Below, in pieces: positions 17,860-27,873 of a stretch of DNA of 47,977 nt. The notes under the pieces are model-generated. The model saw only the letters and a program-made list of their open reading frames with translations, ran no database searches and was not told the DNA's origin. The stretch lies in the NCBI GenBank assembly GCA_964577685.1, contig CAZNZT010000001.1, positions 1 through 47,977 of the forward strand, given 5' to 3'. This DNA comes from an uncultured Methanosarcinales archaeon. GTDB taxonomy: Archaea > Nanobdellota > Nanobdellia > Woesearchaeales > JACPBV01. Position 1 is the first letter of the stretch; each line of letters begins with the position of its first letter. A program made the translations under genes and the position numbers.

Positions 17860-18673
17860 CTTGAGCCTCCAACCCAGGTTTTTCTGTCACAGTTGTTATA
17901 CCTCCCTCAACAACTCCAAGTGGTTCAAAATATTTTTTTTGGAGTTTGAATTCCATTAAAGACCTGAGTGCATTAAAGCATGCTATGAGAAGATTTAGCT
18001 TTGTTCTACTTTGTCCTTTTGTCTTTGACCATACATCTTTTATCCCGGCTAGAGAAAGCAACTTCTTACACTCCTCCTCAACACAAAGTCCTGTACCCTT
18101 TGGTGCTGGGAAAAGTTCTATTCTGCATGATCCACACCTACCACTCACCTTAAATGGTATTGAGTGAGGCTCTTTACATCCACAGGCCCATGAACCACAA
18201 CCCCTCCTTATCTTTATTATGTTAATCTTAGAATTTCTTATTGCCTTCTCTCTTGCTGGCACTGTTTCTTTGCTTTTTCCATAACCAATCCCAATATGAC
18301 CATTTTTATCTCCACTAATAGCAACAGCAGAAAATCTTGGTTTATTTCCTTCACTTGTCTTCTTCTGGGTTTGCTTGAATACTCTCTTTTGTCCTCCTCC
18401 AAACTTACCTTTTGACTGACCAACAAAAAGAAGTTCCGTGGAAATATTTGGTAATAAAAAATCTATTATCTCGGATTCCATTATATTTAATCCGCTGTCT
18501 AGTATTTGGTCTATATTAGTTATCTCTCCACTCTTTACTTTTTTACCAAGAGATGTCCTTGGTTGCCATACATCCCTTTCTATAGATGAGGCTTCTTCTT
18601 TTAGTAGTTTTTCTTCCTCTTTCTCGTCTATTTCTTCTATAGCAATATCCATTTCCTTATTTTCTTCAACCAT
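17846..18673 (-). CDS. rps5: 30S ribosomal protein uS5
   Basis: WQPRTSLGK, RRGCGSW, PAPKGTGL, AGIKDVWS. Confidence 0.95.
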   Translation of the reverse strand: MVEENKEMDIAIEEIDEKEEEKLLKEEASSIERDVWQPRTSLGKKVKSGEITNIDQILDSGLNIMESEIIDFLLPNISTELLFVGQSKGKFGGGQKRVFKQTQKKTSEGNKPRFSAVAISGDKNGHIGIGYGKSKETVPAREKAIRNSKINIIKIRRGCGSWACGCKEPHSIPFKVSGRCGSCRIELFPAPKGTGLCVEEECKKLLSLAGIKDVWSKTKGQSRTKLNLLIACFNALRSLMEFKLQKKYFEPLGVVEGGITTVTEKPGLEAQDEQS

Positions 18674-19254
18674 TATTTAACACCCAATATTTTGTTTTTT
18701 GTTTCTTCAAAATATTTCATAAAATTTTCTAGGACTACTTTGTTTTTCTCATAGGTTGAAAATTTATTTCCGAGCTGATTATTCTTTTTTAGAACAGAAT
18801 AATAATCTGCTATATGCTTTCCCTTTATCCTTTCCTCAGTTGGCAATATTTCTGGGGAATGCGGAATATCAAGGCCAGCATCAATACATCCTTTCAGAAC
18901 AGCATAGATTCTTGAGCCTTTAACAGATTTCTGAAGACCTATGTCTAAAATCGCTGATTTAATGTTCTTCTTGACTGCTTTTATACCTATTAATAACCCC
19001 ACAAGATAAGCTGAAGGAAGATTACCAAGATTTAAGTTCCAGCCATACTTCATTAATTCCCTAGAGTGCGTTGATAGGATAATTTTATCCCCTTTAGGAT
19101 TATATTCCACTATCTGGGCTATTATATTGTTAAGGCTCTTTCTAATAACAAGCCTTGGTTTTTTAGCTGATAAAAGCTTTAATCTCTTTTTGTAATTTGT
19201 TTTTCCTATCCTTTTTCTTCTAAATTGAACAGTGTAGGTCTTAGCTCTTTTCAT
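18673..19254 (-). CDS. rpl18: 50S ribosomal protein uL18
   Basis: [29 protein letters not shown]. Confidence 0.95.
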   Translation of the reverse strand: MKRAKTYTVQFRRKRIGKTNYKKRLKLLSAKKPRLVIRKSLNNIIAQIVEYNPKGDKIILSTHSRELMKYGWNLNLGNLPSAYLVGLLIGIKAVKKNIKSAILDIGLQKSVKGSRIYAVLKGCIDAGLDIPHSPEILPTEERIKGKHIADYYSVLKKNNQLGNKFSTYEKNKVVLENFMKYFEETKNKILGVK

Positions 19255-19699
19255 TTTCTAAGAGTTCCTTGCCTTCTAGGTATATTTTTATGTGTCTTTT
19301 GCTTCTGAAAAAGCCACCTTTTGATTTTAGATATAGCTCTCTATACAACTTGGAGTCTATTACTCCTTTGTCCTTTAGGGCTTTCAAGAATAATCTTTGT
19401 GCCCTTACTCTGTTTATCCAAGCTTCTTTTTTTGGAAGTCTTGCGTTTTTTCCACCTTTTCTTGAACCTTCTCCCTTCTGCCTCCCTTTCTTCTTTTGTA
19501 TTGCTCTTTTTCTTGCCCTTCCCCTTGAAACTCCTTTTTTTGGTATTTTTTTTATAGCATTTTCTTTTATAAGATTCCTAATGTCTGCTTTTGTTATTGC
19601 TTCCTTTATATCAGCCAGTCTTTCTAGATCTAATTTTATCCTTTTCTTTGAACAACCCAATATTTCAGCAGCCAATCTTTTTTGTATATCTAGTTTCAT
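19241..19699 (-). CDS. rpl19e: 50S ribosomal protein L19e
   Basis: [27 protein letters not shown]. Confidence 0.95.
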   Translation of the reverse strand: MKLDIQKRLAAEILGCSKKRIKLDLERLADIKEAITKADIRNLIKENAIKKIPKKGVSRGRARKRAIQKKKGRQKGEGSRKGGKNARLPKKEAWINRVRAQRLFLKALKDKGVIDSKLYRELYLKSKGGFFRSKRHIKIYLEGKELLENEKS

Positions 19700-20262
19700 C
19701 TTTCCCTCTTAGTAAGCAGTTTGTCTTTTTCTTTCTTTTCTAATTCTTTTCTTTCTTCTTCAGAAAGCTTTTCTTCAAGCTTCCCCTTTTTCTTTTTTGG
19801 TTCTTCTTTTTTCTTCGCTTCTTTCTTTTCTTTTTTCCTTTCCTTTCTCTTTTTTAGTTCATCTTCTTTTTTCTTAATATAATCGTCAATAGAGATATTA
19901 AAAACAGATATTCCCTTCTCTTTAGCTTTTTTCAACAGAGGTAATTTCTTTCTTAGACCAACGCCCTTTGCTATTATAATTCCTTCATTTTTTATATCAA
20001 CACTTTCCAGCTCTTTTCCATTTTTTATGATTCTAACCTTAAGTCCATCTCTACTTAATCCCCTCACAGCTTTAGGACTACAATAGCCCACAGAAACGGG
20101 TTTTATGTGGCCCCTCTTTTTTAACCTTGCTTTATTGTGAAGCCCCCTAGGCCTTACCCATTTTTTCTCTAGCCTTTTTTTATGAACATCATGTCTAACA
20201 AATTTTGGTTTTTTCTTTTTTAATTTATTTCTGAGTTCTAATAATTGTTTCAAATCTTTCAT
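19696..20262 (-). CDS. rpl32e: 50S ribosomal protein L32e with Lys/Glu-rich tail
   Basis: KPKFVR, WVRPRGLHNK, GYCSP. Confidence 0.92.
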   Translation of the reverse strand: MKDLKQLLELRNKLKKKKPKFVRHDVHKKRLEKKWVRPRGLHNKARLKKRGHIKPVSVGYCSPKAVRGLSRDGLKVRIIKNGKELESVDIKNEGIIIAKGVGLRKKLPLLKKAKEKGISVFNISIDDYIKKKEDELKKRKERKKEKKEAKKKEEPKKKKGKLEEKLSEEERKELEKKEKDKLLTKRER

Positions 20263-20822
20263 TTTAATAATTCCTTACCTGCCTTGGATATTATATAAAT
20301 GCCATCTTGGAATATCCTTGTATCATAACCTGGCCTCCTTGTTAGTGCCTCTATGGAAGCTGCAAAGTTTCCTGCTTTCTCTTTATCAACTGATTCTACT
20401 ATAATCTGGTCTCCATCTAGCTTAACATTAACACCCTCTTTTATCTTCAAGACCCTTGGTTTTCTCTCTCCAAAAAAATTTTTTACTATTAACTCGTCCT
20501 TTGATATTGAAACATTCATTGGAAAGTGACTTGAACATATCTTTAAGATATATGTATATCCATTCTCTACACCTATAAACATATTCCTTATGTGTGCTTT
20601 GAATGTGTTCACTCGTTTTTCCATCTTCTTTGATTTTTTCTTTGCAACAATCAAGATTTTTTTGTCTTGTTTCTTTATTTCGATTAATGGGTCAAAAAAG
20701 TTTCTTGTGGCTTCTCCTTTTTTACCTTTGACCTTTAATATAGCATTATCTATTTCAACCGAGATATTATCTGGTACTTCAATTTCTGCGATGGTTTTCT
20801 TTTTCTCCTTTTCTTTAGCCAT
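20259..20822 (-). CDS. rpl6: 50S ribosomal protein uL6
   Basis: HFPMNV, NFFGER, DTRIFQDGIYI. Confidence 0.95.
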   Translation of the reverse strand: MAKEKEKKKTIAEIEVPDNISVEIDNAILKVKGKKGEATRNFFDPLIEIKKQDKKILIVAKKKSKKMEKRVNTFKAHIRNMFIGVENGYTYILKICSSHFPMNVSISKDELIVKNFFGERKPRVLKIKEGVNVKLDGDQIIVESVDKEKAGNFAASIEALTRRPGYDTRIFQDGIYIISKAGKELLK

Positions 20823-20854
20823 TTTTATTGAGTATTATTGAGCAGAGTTTTTAT

Positions 20855-21244
20855 TTAATAGCAATAAGCTATAAGGACGCCGCCAAGCCCTTTTTTCTTT
20901 GCTTCTGTGTGAGTCATAAGTCCGCTTGGTGTAGAAACAATTAGGATACCAATATCCTTTGCAGGGAGATATCTCTTCTCAAACTTTTCATATTCTTCTT
21001 TTTTAACACTATATCTTGGTCTTATAACACCGCATTTATTTATATTACCAAGTAGATTTACCCTTAGCAGATCTCCTTTTGAGGCCTTTATTTCATTTAT
21101 ACTCCCAATATACCCATTTTGGTTTATTATCTCAAGGACATTCTTGATTAATTTAGAAGAGATTCTAATCAAACAATCTGGTTTTCCTAGTTTTTCATTG
21201 TTCAGTATTGAAGACAGTGCGTTTGCTAATGGGTCATTTAACAT
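20855..21244 (-). CDS. rps8: 30S ribosomal protein uS8
   Basis: DPLANAL, INKCGVIRPR, STPSGLMTH, GGVLIAYCY. Confidence 0.96.
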   Translation of the reverse strand: MLNDPLANALSSILNNEKLGKPDCLIRISSKLIKNVLEIINQNGYIGSINEIKASKGDLLRVNLLGNINKCGVIRPRYSVKKEEYEKFEKRYLPAKDIGILIVSTPSGLMTHTEAKKKGLGGVLIAYCY

Positions 21245-21252
21245 TTTACCAC

Positions 21253-21483
21253 CTAACTATACTTCTTAAAGCCTAACTGTGTGGCAATCTCTCTGAAACA
21301 TCTCCTACAGAGATGAAGTCCATATTTTTGTATGTGTCCTCTAGGATTCCCACACCTCCTACAACCCTTTGTCTTTGGTCCAAATTTCCTTTTCTTGGGT
21401 GCATTATGTTTTAAAAACCTCTTTAATTTGGTTGGTTTTGCTTTCAGTTGCTTGAAGAATTTTCTATAATCGCTATATGTCAT
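21253..21483 (-). CDS. rps14: 30S ribosomal protein uS14 (Zn-binding, N-extended)
   Basis: [22 protein letters not shown]. Confidence 0.93.
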   Translation of the reverse strand: MTYSDYRKFFKQLKAKPTKLKRFLKHNAPKKRKFGPKTKGCRRCGNPRGHIQKYGLHLCRRCFREIATQLGFKKYS

Positions 21484-21484
21484 T

Positions 21485-21997
21485 TTATCCCTCACCTATT
21501 TCCACATTGAATCTCTTTTTGATAAACTCCATTGCCTCTTTTTTTGTTATTTGGTGTCTTTTTGGTATTTTTCTCTTCATTATAGCTCTCCTTTTTATTC
21601 TAAACCCCGGCCTTTCTAGGGTTATACATGCTTCAAGGCCCATAATTCCTATTTTTGGGTCATATTTAACACCTGGGATATCTATATATTCATGAATCCC
21701 AAATGAGATATTCCCACCTTCGTTAAATTGACTCTCTTTTAGCTTATTGTTTTTAGCATCTAATAATTTGGGTATAAGCTGTTCTGCTTTTTTTCCCCTT
21801 AATGTCAATTTACAGCCTATAGGCAATCCTGGCCTTAACCCCCATGTAGGTATTCTCTTCTTCGCAAATGTTTTTACAGGGGTTATGCCTGTGATGTTTT
21901 TTAGGAGTGCCATACTTTTCTCTAGTTTAGCTTGGTCTTTACCTGCTCCTATGTTCAGGGTTAGCTTCTCAATTCTTATTTCTCTCATTGGGTTCAT
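21485..21997 (-). CDS. rpl5: 50S ribosomal protein uL5
   Basis: [29 protein letters not shown]. Confidence 0.96.
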   Translation of the reverse strand: MNPMREIRIEKLTLNIGAGKDQAKLEKSMALLKNITGITPVKTFAKKRIPTWGLRPGLPIGCKLTLRGKKAEQLIPKLLDAKNNKLKESQFNEGGNISFGIHEYIDIPGVKYDPKIGIMGLEACITLERPGFRIKRRAIMKRKIPKRHQITKKEAMEFIKKRFNVEIGEG

Positions 21998-22704
21998 TTT
22001 ACCTTTTTGTTAGTTATTGATATAGCTGGTTTTGCTTTCCCTAAAACAAAAACATATTTCTTTAATGTTTCAATTAGTTCTCCATTATCTGACTTGTACA
22101 CAATCTTATTGCCAGATATATCTTCAACTGTTCCGGTTGAACCAGAATGTTTTCCACCTATTAGATATATGAAACAACCTTTTTCAAGTTTTATATAATC
22201 CTTTATCTCCTGCTTGGGTATGGTTATTAAAATAGTATCTCCAATCTTGTATTTATCGTCCTCAACTAGGATATTTCTTCCATCATAAAGATTTAATTGT
22301 GTTTTGCCTTTTACCTTTGATTTGTTTATTATCTTGCAAGGTTTTAAGTTGGATTCCTTACTGCTTATGTTGATAACAGATAACTTTCCTTTCTTGTCCA
22401 ATATTATCCTAAAGAACTGTTTTGCTTCTTTTACTTCAATTGTATCCATAAATCCTACTGGGAACTTTGGATCTGTTCTTCTTATTCCATCAACCAAGAT
22501 GTTTCTTTTATTTAAGATAAACCTTACTTCTTTTGTGGTTTTTCCAATTTTGAGTATATCTCTCAATAAAGATTTTAAGCTTAAAGATAGCCTGAGAGGG
22601 TGTGGGCCAGGAGAAGGCCTAGTTATAAATTTTATTCCTCCTCTCTTTATTTTCCATGACTTTGGCATAGCCAATCTTTTAAGGTGTTTTTTGACCATTT
22701 TCAT
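21994..22704 (-). CDS. rps4e: 30S ribosomal protein S4e
   Basis: HLKRLAMP, PGPH, FPVGFMD, GGKHSG. Confidence 0.95.
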   Translation of the reverse strand: MKMVKKHLKRLAMPKSWKIKRGGIKFITRPSPGPHPLRLSLSLKSLLRDILKIGKTTKEVRFILNKRNILVDGIRRTDPKFPVGFMDTIEVKEAKQFFRIILDKKGKLSVINISSKESNLKPCKIINKSKVKGKTQLNLYDGRNILVEDDKYKIGDTILITIPKQEIKDYIKLEKGCFIYLIGGKHSGSTGTVEDISGNKIVYKSDNGELIETLKKYVFVLGKAKPAISITNKKVK

Positions 22705-23108
22705 CTCTTGGTTTTGTTTGTTTTGTTTGTTGTTCGGGTAAGTATCTTCTGCCTTATTTTATCATCCAAATTAAGTTCTATAATCATTAAATTTGATGGA
22801 TCAAGCGGTTGTCTTGTTTTTGTGCCATCTTTTTTTGTAATTTCTACGCCCTGGACATATACCCTAGACTTCTTTAAATCAATCTCTTCTACCGAACCGG
22901 TATGGTTCTTAAATTTTCCTCTCAAAATTTTTACCTTATCCCCTTTATGCAAACCTATGCTTCTTTTATTATGCTTCTTCCTTAATTCTTTTGAGAGATG
23001 ACAATGTATAAATTTTTGTTTTATATGGAGTGGAGCATTATATCTGTATTTCCTCTGTTTTCTTGGTTGTTTGCTGCTTTTCCATGAAATTGAAAATTTC
23101 TTTTTCAT
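22701..23108 (-). CDS. rpl24: 50S ribosomal protein uL24
   Basis: SKQPRKQRK, LSKELR, GDKVKILRG, PSNLMI. Confidence 0.95.
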   Translation of the reverse strand: MKKKFSISWKSSKQPRKQRKYRYNAPLHIKQKFIHCHLSKELRKKHNKRSIGLHKGDKVKILRGKFKNHTGSVEEIDLKKSRVYVQGVEITKKDGTKTRQPLDPSNLMIIELNLDDKIRQKILTRTTNKTNKTKR

Positions 23109-23506
23109 ACTATTATCCTCGCAACTTTTGCTATACCTGGCCATCTATCTGCAGCCTCTTTTGCAATTGGACCTTTGAATATGGTGCCTTTTGGATTTCC
23201 TTTATCGTCCTTTAAAACAACAGCAGCGTTATCTTCAAACTTTATCCTTGTCCCGTCAGGCCTTCTATATTCTTTCTTTTGTCTTACTATAACAGCATAC
23301 ACTTTTTGCTTTCTCATATCTGGTCTTCCCCTGACAACAGAGGCAAGTATAAGGTCTCCAACACCGGCAGCGGGGTATCTTCCTTTTACTGTTTTGTTTT
23401 TTATAACGCTAAATAGCTTGATTACTTTGGCTCCTGAATTATCACATGTCTGTATCCTACACCCAATCGGAATAGCCTTTGTTATCCGAGCCTTAAGTGC
23501 TTGCAT
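23105..23506 (-). CDS. rpl14: 50S ribosomal protein uL14
   Basis: [23 protein letters not shown]. Confidence 0.96.
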   Translation of the reverse strand: MQALKARITKAIPIGCRIQTCDNSGAKVIKLFSVIKNKTVKGRYPAAGVGDLILASVVRGRPDMRKQKVYAVIVRQKKEYRRPDGTRIKFEDNAAVVLKDDKGNPKGTIFKGPIAKEAADRWPGIAKVARIIV

Positions 23507-23960
23507 TCTTTTCCTCCTCTTTCGGTTTTCCTTTATCTTCCTCTCCTTCAATCTTTTTCTCTTTCTTTACTTTCTTTTTGGCTTCTTCTCTTAGTTCCAT
23601 CTTTTCTTTGAACCCCTTTTCTTTACCAATTACCTCAATAACAACAAAATTTTTTGTCTTACTTAATGGCCTACATTCTGATATTTTTACAATATCGCCC
23701 TCCTTAGCGTTTATACATTCTGGATTATGTGCCTTTATCCTGCTTCTTCTTTTTTCATATCTTTCGTACTTTGGAATGTAGTATTGTCTAATCCTCTCCA
23801 CCGTAACTGTTTTTTGCATTCTTGCTGTTATAACTGTACCAGTAAAAATCCTGCCTCTAAGCCTTAGGCTACCATGAAAGGGGCATTTCCCATCAGTACA
23901 TTTCTTACTAGGTGGATTTACTTCTATACCTATGTTTTTTGGTTTTTTCTTAGTTCCCAT
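23493..23960 (-). CDS. rps17: 30S ribosomal protein uS17 with Lys/Glu-rich tail
   Basis: [19 protein letters not shown]. Confidence 0.95.
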   Translation of the reverse strand: MGTKKKPKNIGIEVNPPSKKCTDGKCPFHGSLRLRGRIFTGTVITARMQKTVTVERIRQYYIPKYERYEKRRSRIKAHNPECINAKEGDIVKISECRPLSKTKNFVVIEVIGKEKGFKEKMELREEAKKKVKKEKKIEGEEDKGKPKEEEKNAST

Positions 23961-23978
23961 TTTTATCCTTGGAATTCT

Positions 23979-24287
23979 TTACCTAACTTCTATGGTCTCC
24001 GGTGCGAAACCCATCTCAATCAATATGTCTTTAACTTTCTGCTTATGGTCTCCCTGAAGTTCTATCCTTCCTTCTTTTGCTGTTCCTCCACATGCAAATT
24101 TGCTTTTTAGCTTACTAGCCAAATCTTTTAATTTTATTTCCTTGTCATTAATGCCTTCAACTATTGTGCTTACTTTATTGAATTTCTTTTTCTCTGTTCT
24201 TATAACAATCTTTTGACTTTCTTTCGCTATTGTTTCGCACACGCACAATTCTTTTGGCAAACCACATTTAGTGCAGATTTCACTCAT
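23979..24287 (-). CDS. Translation initiation factor aIF1/SUI1
   Basis: CTKCGLPKELC, KFACGGT, IELQGDH. SD GGAGGT precedes ATG 24287. Confidence 0.93.
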   Translation of the reverse strand: MSEICTKCGLPKELCVCETIAKESQKIVIRTEKKKFNKVSTIVEGINDKEIKLKDLASKLKSKFACGGTAKEGRIELQGDHKQKVKDILIEMGFAPETIEVR

Positions 24288-24486
24288 GCTTTTTACCAAC
24301 CTCCTTATTATCTAGGACATATAAAATCCTAGCTATGCTTTTTTTTATTTCCCTAACTTTACCAGGGTTTTTTGGTGTTGTTCTGGTAGCTATTTGAGCA
24401 TTAGCTTTCATTAATTCTAATCTTAATTCTCTAAGTTTTGCTTTAAGGTCTTCTATGCTCATTGAAGCCAACTCTTTTGCTCTCAT
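24280..24486 (-). CDS. rpl29: 50S ribosomal protein uL29
   Basis: NPGKVREIKKSIARI and operon position. Confidence 0.92.
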   Translation of the reverse strand: MRAKELASMSIEDLKAKLRELRLELMKANAQIATRTTPKNPGKVREIKKSIARILYVLDNKEVGKKHE

Positions 24487-25220
24487 TCTTTATTCTCTTT
24501 TTTATTTTGTTTTGTTTTCTTTGTGTCTTTTTTAGCTTCTTTTGATTTTTCTTTTTCTTTATTATTAGTTTTTGCCTCTTCTTTTTTTTCTTCTTTTTTA
24601 GGTTCTTTTTCTTCCTCTGTCTTTTCTTCCACTACACTAATATCATCCGGAAGTTTCACATCTGGAGGCATCACTAAAACTTTGACACCTATGACACCAG
24701 TCTTTAATTTAGCAACTGCATATGCTACATCTACATTTACTAATGCTGGGTCTCCACACTTTTTTATATAGCCTGAATAGAATCTCCAACTTTTTGCCCT
24801 ACTACTTGGTACTTTGCCACTTATCACTATTTCTATACCCCTAGCTCCTGATTCCATAGCATCACTCATTATTTTATGTCCAATTCCTTTGAATTTTGTT
24901 GTTCCAAATTTCTCAAGGGAATCAACAATTCTTTCTGCTAGTATGTTAGCATTAAGGTTTACATTCTCCACTTCATTTATTTCAATTTGGGGATTTTCCA
25001 GTTTAAATTCATCTTTCAATGTCTTTGTCAGTTGTCTAATATTCTGGCCTTTTCTTCCTACTACTAGCCCAGGTCTTGAGGAATACACTATAATCTTCTC
25101 TCCCAGCGGCGTTCTTTGCATTTTTATATGGCTCAAGCCAACATTCTTGAGATTATCTCTAACAAACTCCAATATTTCAAATTCCTTAATTTTTTGATTT
25201 ACAAATTTTCTTTCAATCAT
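24483..25220 (-). CDS. rps3: 30S ribosomal protein uS3 with Lys/Glu-rich tail
   Basis: RPGLVVGRKG (KH domain), GARGIEIVISGK, GVIGVKV. Confidence 0.95.
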   Translation of the reverse strand: MIERKFVNQKIKEFEILEFVRDNLKNVGLSHIKMQRTPLGEKIIVYSSRPGLVVGRKGQNIRQLTKTLKDEFKLENPQIEINEVENVNLNANILAERIVDSLEKFGTTKFKGIGHKIMSDAMESGARGIEIVISGKVPSSRAKSWRFYSGYIKKCGDPALVNVDVAYAVAKLKTGVIGVKVLVMPPDVKLPDDISVVEEKTEEEKEPKKEEKKEEAKTNNKEKEKSKEAKKDTKKTKQNKKENKE

Positions 25221-25689
25221 TTTTAGCTTTCTTTTCTTCTTTACTACTCTTTTCCTCCACAATGATTTCTATGTGGGTTCTTTTCATTCTTCTTCCTCTC
25301 TTTCTTCCATAGTGCCATGGTCTGCTTGCTTTGTGGGCACAGATATGAACTATCTCAAGATTGCTTGTGTTCAGGCCTTTAAACTGAGCATTTGCTTCAA
25401 CAGATTCAATTAGCTTTAATACTTCCTTTGAGGCTTTTTTGGGATATCTACCTGGGCCAACCTCTTTTTTATGACTTAAATCTCTTTTATATCTTCTGAA
25501 TGGAATCGCTCTTTTTAGTTCAATCACTTCTTGCAAAATTTTTTTTGCATCACTGAGATTTTTGTGTCTAATGAAACTGCATATCTCAACAGCAAATTTG
25601 GTGGATATAGGTAATGCTCTTCCAACTACCTTTGCCATATTTTCTTTTTTGTATTTTACATTATAGTTTGAGGCGTATGAATATCTCAT
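25213..25689 (-). CDS. rpl22: 50S ribosomal protein uL22
   Basis: ISTKFAVEIC, GRYPKKA, ANAQFKGL, HIEIIV. Confidence 0.95.
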   Translation of the reverse strand: MRYSYASNYNVKYKKENMAKVVGRALPISTKFAVEICSFIRHKNLSDAKKILQEVIELKRAIPFRRYKRDLSHKKEVGPGRYPKKASKEVLKLIESVEANAQFKGLNTSNLEIVHICAHKASRPWHYGRKRGRRMKRTHIEIIVEEKSSKEEKKAKND

Positions 25690-25690
25690 T

Positions 25691-26074
25691 TTATTTCACT
25701 GATAAAGCAGCTGAGCTTCTTGTTGCTCCAATGCCTGGTGCTGAGTGTTCAACTTTCTTTCTTGTTAAAGCAAATTCTCCAAGATAGTGGCCTATCATTT
25801 CATTCTGTATAACTACTGGAATAAACTCCTTACCATTATGCACCCTAATTGTTTTTCCAACCATTTCTGGCAATATAATCATGTCCCTACAATGCGTCTT
25901 TACATCATTCTTATTTTCTTTAATTTGTTTTAACAATTTCTTCTGTTGTTCTGTAAGTCCTCTTTTGAGGCTCCTTCTTTGTCTGGATGGAAGGAGTAGT
26001 ATAAACTCACTTAAGCTCAACTTCTTTAACTCATCCAATGTTTTTCCCCTGTATGTAAACTCCTTTTTTGCCAT
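25691..26074 (-). CDS. rps19: 30S ribosomal protein uS19
   Basis: [29 protein letters not shown]. Confidence 0.96.
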   Translation of the reverse strand: MAKKEFTYRGKTLDELKKLSLSEFILLLPSRQRRSLKRGLTEQQKKLLKQIKENKNDVKTHCRDMIILPEMVGKTIRVHNGKEFIPVVIQNEMIGHYLGEFALTRKKVEHSAPGIGATRSSAALSVK

Positions 26075-26075
26075 T

Positions 26076-26795
26076 TTACTTTGCCTTTTTCCTTCCTGTT
26101 CTCTTTGGTGCTATCTTTCCAACCTTTCTACCAGGTGGAGCATTTCTTGGTGATTGGGTAGGCCTACCTTTATTTGATGAGCTTGAACCTCCAAATGGAT
26201 GGTCAACAGCATTCATTGATGTTCCAGATGTTATAGGCCAATATTTGTTTTTTGCTTTCATTGCATAGTACTTGAAACCTGCTTTCAAGAATGGCTTTTC
26301 TGTCCTACCAGAGCCAGCTATTATTCCTATCGTAGCTCTGCATTCTGGTTTAAAAGCTCTTTCTTTTTTTGATGGTAGTAAGACTATTACTCTATCTTTA
26401 AACTTTGATACAACCTTTGCATAGCCACCACTAGATTTAACAAATTTCCCACCATCCCCAGGATTAGACTCAATATTAAAGATTGGGGTTCCCTCAGGGA
26501 TGTTTTTTAGTGGCAGAATATTCCCTATTTTTATTGGTATTTGTTCTCCTGTTAGAATTGTTTCTCCAACCCTTACTCCCTCTGGTGCCTGGATAATAAT
26601 TTGTTCACCATTCTCGTATTTTATTTGCATTAATGGACTGTTATGTCCTGGACAATCAATTATACCTTCTATTACTCCATGCAAGGTCTTGGTTGTATAG
26701 CTAGGATAATTAGCTTTACCCTTGTATCTAAAGCTAGGTGCCCTAAAGGTTGGGCTTCCTTTTCCTCGTTTTTGTTGAGTTAGACTTTTTCCCAT
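26076..26795 (-). CDS. rpl2: 50S ribosomal protein uL2
   Basis: [31 protein letters not shown]. Confidence 0.96.
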   Translation of the reverse strand: MGKSLTQQKRGKGSPTFRAPSFRYKGKANYPSYTTKTLHGVIEGIIDCPGHNSPLMQIKYENGEQIIIQAPEGVRVGETILTGEQIPIKIGNILPLKNIPEGTPIFNIESNPGDGGKFVKSSGGYAKVVSKFKDRVIVLLPSKKERAFKPECRATIGIIAGSGRTEKPFLKAGFKYYAMKAKNKYWPITSGTSMNAVDHPFGGSSSSNKGRPTQSPRNAPPGRKVGKIAPKRTGRKKAK

Positions 26796-26802
26796 TTTAT
26801 TT

Positions 26803-27063
26803 TTACATGATTCCTAACTGTGTTGCAATATCTATGGCCGGTGTTTCATCTGAAAATTTCACATATGCTCTTTTTTTTCCATCAGGACCTATTAAGGTGT
26901 TTACCTTCTCTACCTTTGCTTTGAACATCTTTTCTATTGCTTGCTTTATCTCTTTTTTGTTTGCCTTGTTATCTACTACAAATAAGAGCTTATTTTCTTT
27001 CTCCATAAGTCTTATTGCCTTTTCCTTGGATAAAGGGTATTTTATAATATTAAATTCGTCCAT
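26803..27063 (-). CDS. rpl23: 50S ribosomal protein uL23
   Basis: EKENKLLFVV, KVNTL, GKKRAYVKF. Confidence 0.95.
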   Translation of the reverse strand: MDEFNIIKYPLSKEKAIRLMEKENKLLFVVDNKANKKEIKQAIEKMFKAKVEKVNTLIGPDGKKRAYVKFSDETPAIDIATQLGIM

Positions 27064-27065
27064 TT

Positions 27066-27872
27066 TTATGTGAATAACCTTTCTTTTTCCAGTATTTCTA
27101 CTGCTGGTTTTGTCCATAATGTCAATCTTCCTGGGATACACCCAGGTGCAAGTAATTCAGCATTGACATTCCTTACTTCACAAACATCAATTCCTGGAAT
27201 GTTTGAAGCGGAGTTAAGAAGCTTACACTCCTTTGAAACAACTATAAGCGGTCCTTTCTTTTTTCTGTATTTTCTGCCTCTTGACTTTCCTTTTCCTGCC
27301 CTAACCTTTCTTTTGTTTACCCGATTCAGTTCTTCTTTTAGTCCAAGGTTAAGTAAAGCTTCCTTTACCTTCCTTGTTTTGTCCAACTCTTCTATCTTAC
27401 CATCAACAATAAAAGGATAATCTTCTGGCAACTTATGACCTCTTCTTTCAACCAATTCTTTGTTTATTGTTGCTGATATAGCACTTCTTATTGCTTTCTT
27501 CCTCTCTTTTTTGTTAATCTTTTGCCACCAGATTTTCTCTGATTTCGGGGGATGTGCTCGCCTACCCTTTACGGTACCAGGGGCAAAGGCTGCTTGCCAA
27601 ATCATCCTTCTCCCTCTTCTTGCAAGGATTTTTCTAGGAACTCTAGATATGCCATAGCCATAACATCCCCTATAATCTCTTCTCCTTTTTGAAATCCTCA
27701 CAGAAGCTCTCTTCCCGGCTTCTGGTGACGCACCATATGGGTTTCTTCTATGACTTTGAATAGCTAAAACAGCTCTTTTTATGATGTCTTCTCTTACCTC
27801 TTCCTGAAACTGCTCAGGTAACTTTAATTTTCCTTTTTCTTTTTTTTCTATGCTTAGTATTGGTAGTTCCAT
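27066..27872 (-). CDS. rpl4: 50S ribosomal protein uL4
   Basis: GRRAHPP, RAGKGKSRGR, LLAPG, GRLTLWT. Confidence 0.96.
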   Translation of the reverse strand: MELPILSIEKKEKGKLKLPEQFQEEVREDIIKRAVLAIQSHRRNPYGASPEAGKRASVRISKRRRDYRGCYGYGISRVPRKILARRGRRMIWQAAFAPGTVKGRRAHPPKSEKIWWQKINKKERKKAIRSAISATINKELVERRGHKLPEDYPFIVDGKIEELDKTRKVKEALLNLGLKEELNRVNKRKVRAGKGKSRGRKYRKKKGPLIVVSKECKLLNSASNIPGIDVCEVRNVNAELLAPGCIPGRLTLWTKPAVEILEKERLFT

Positions 27873-27873
27873 T

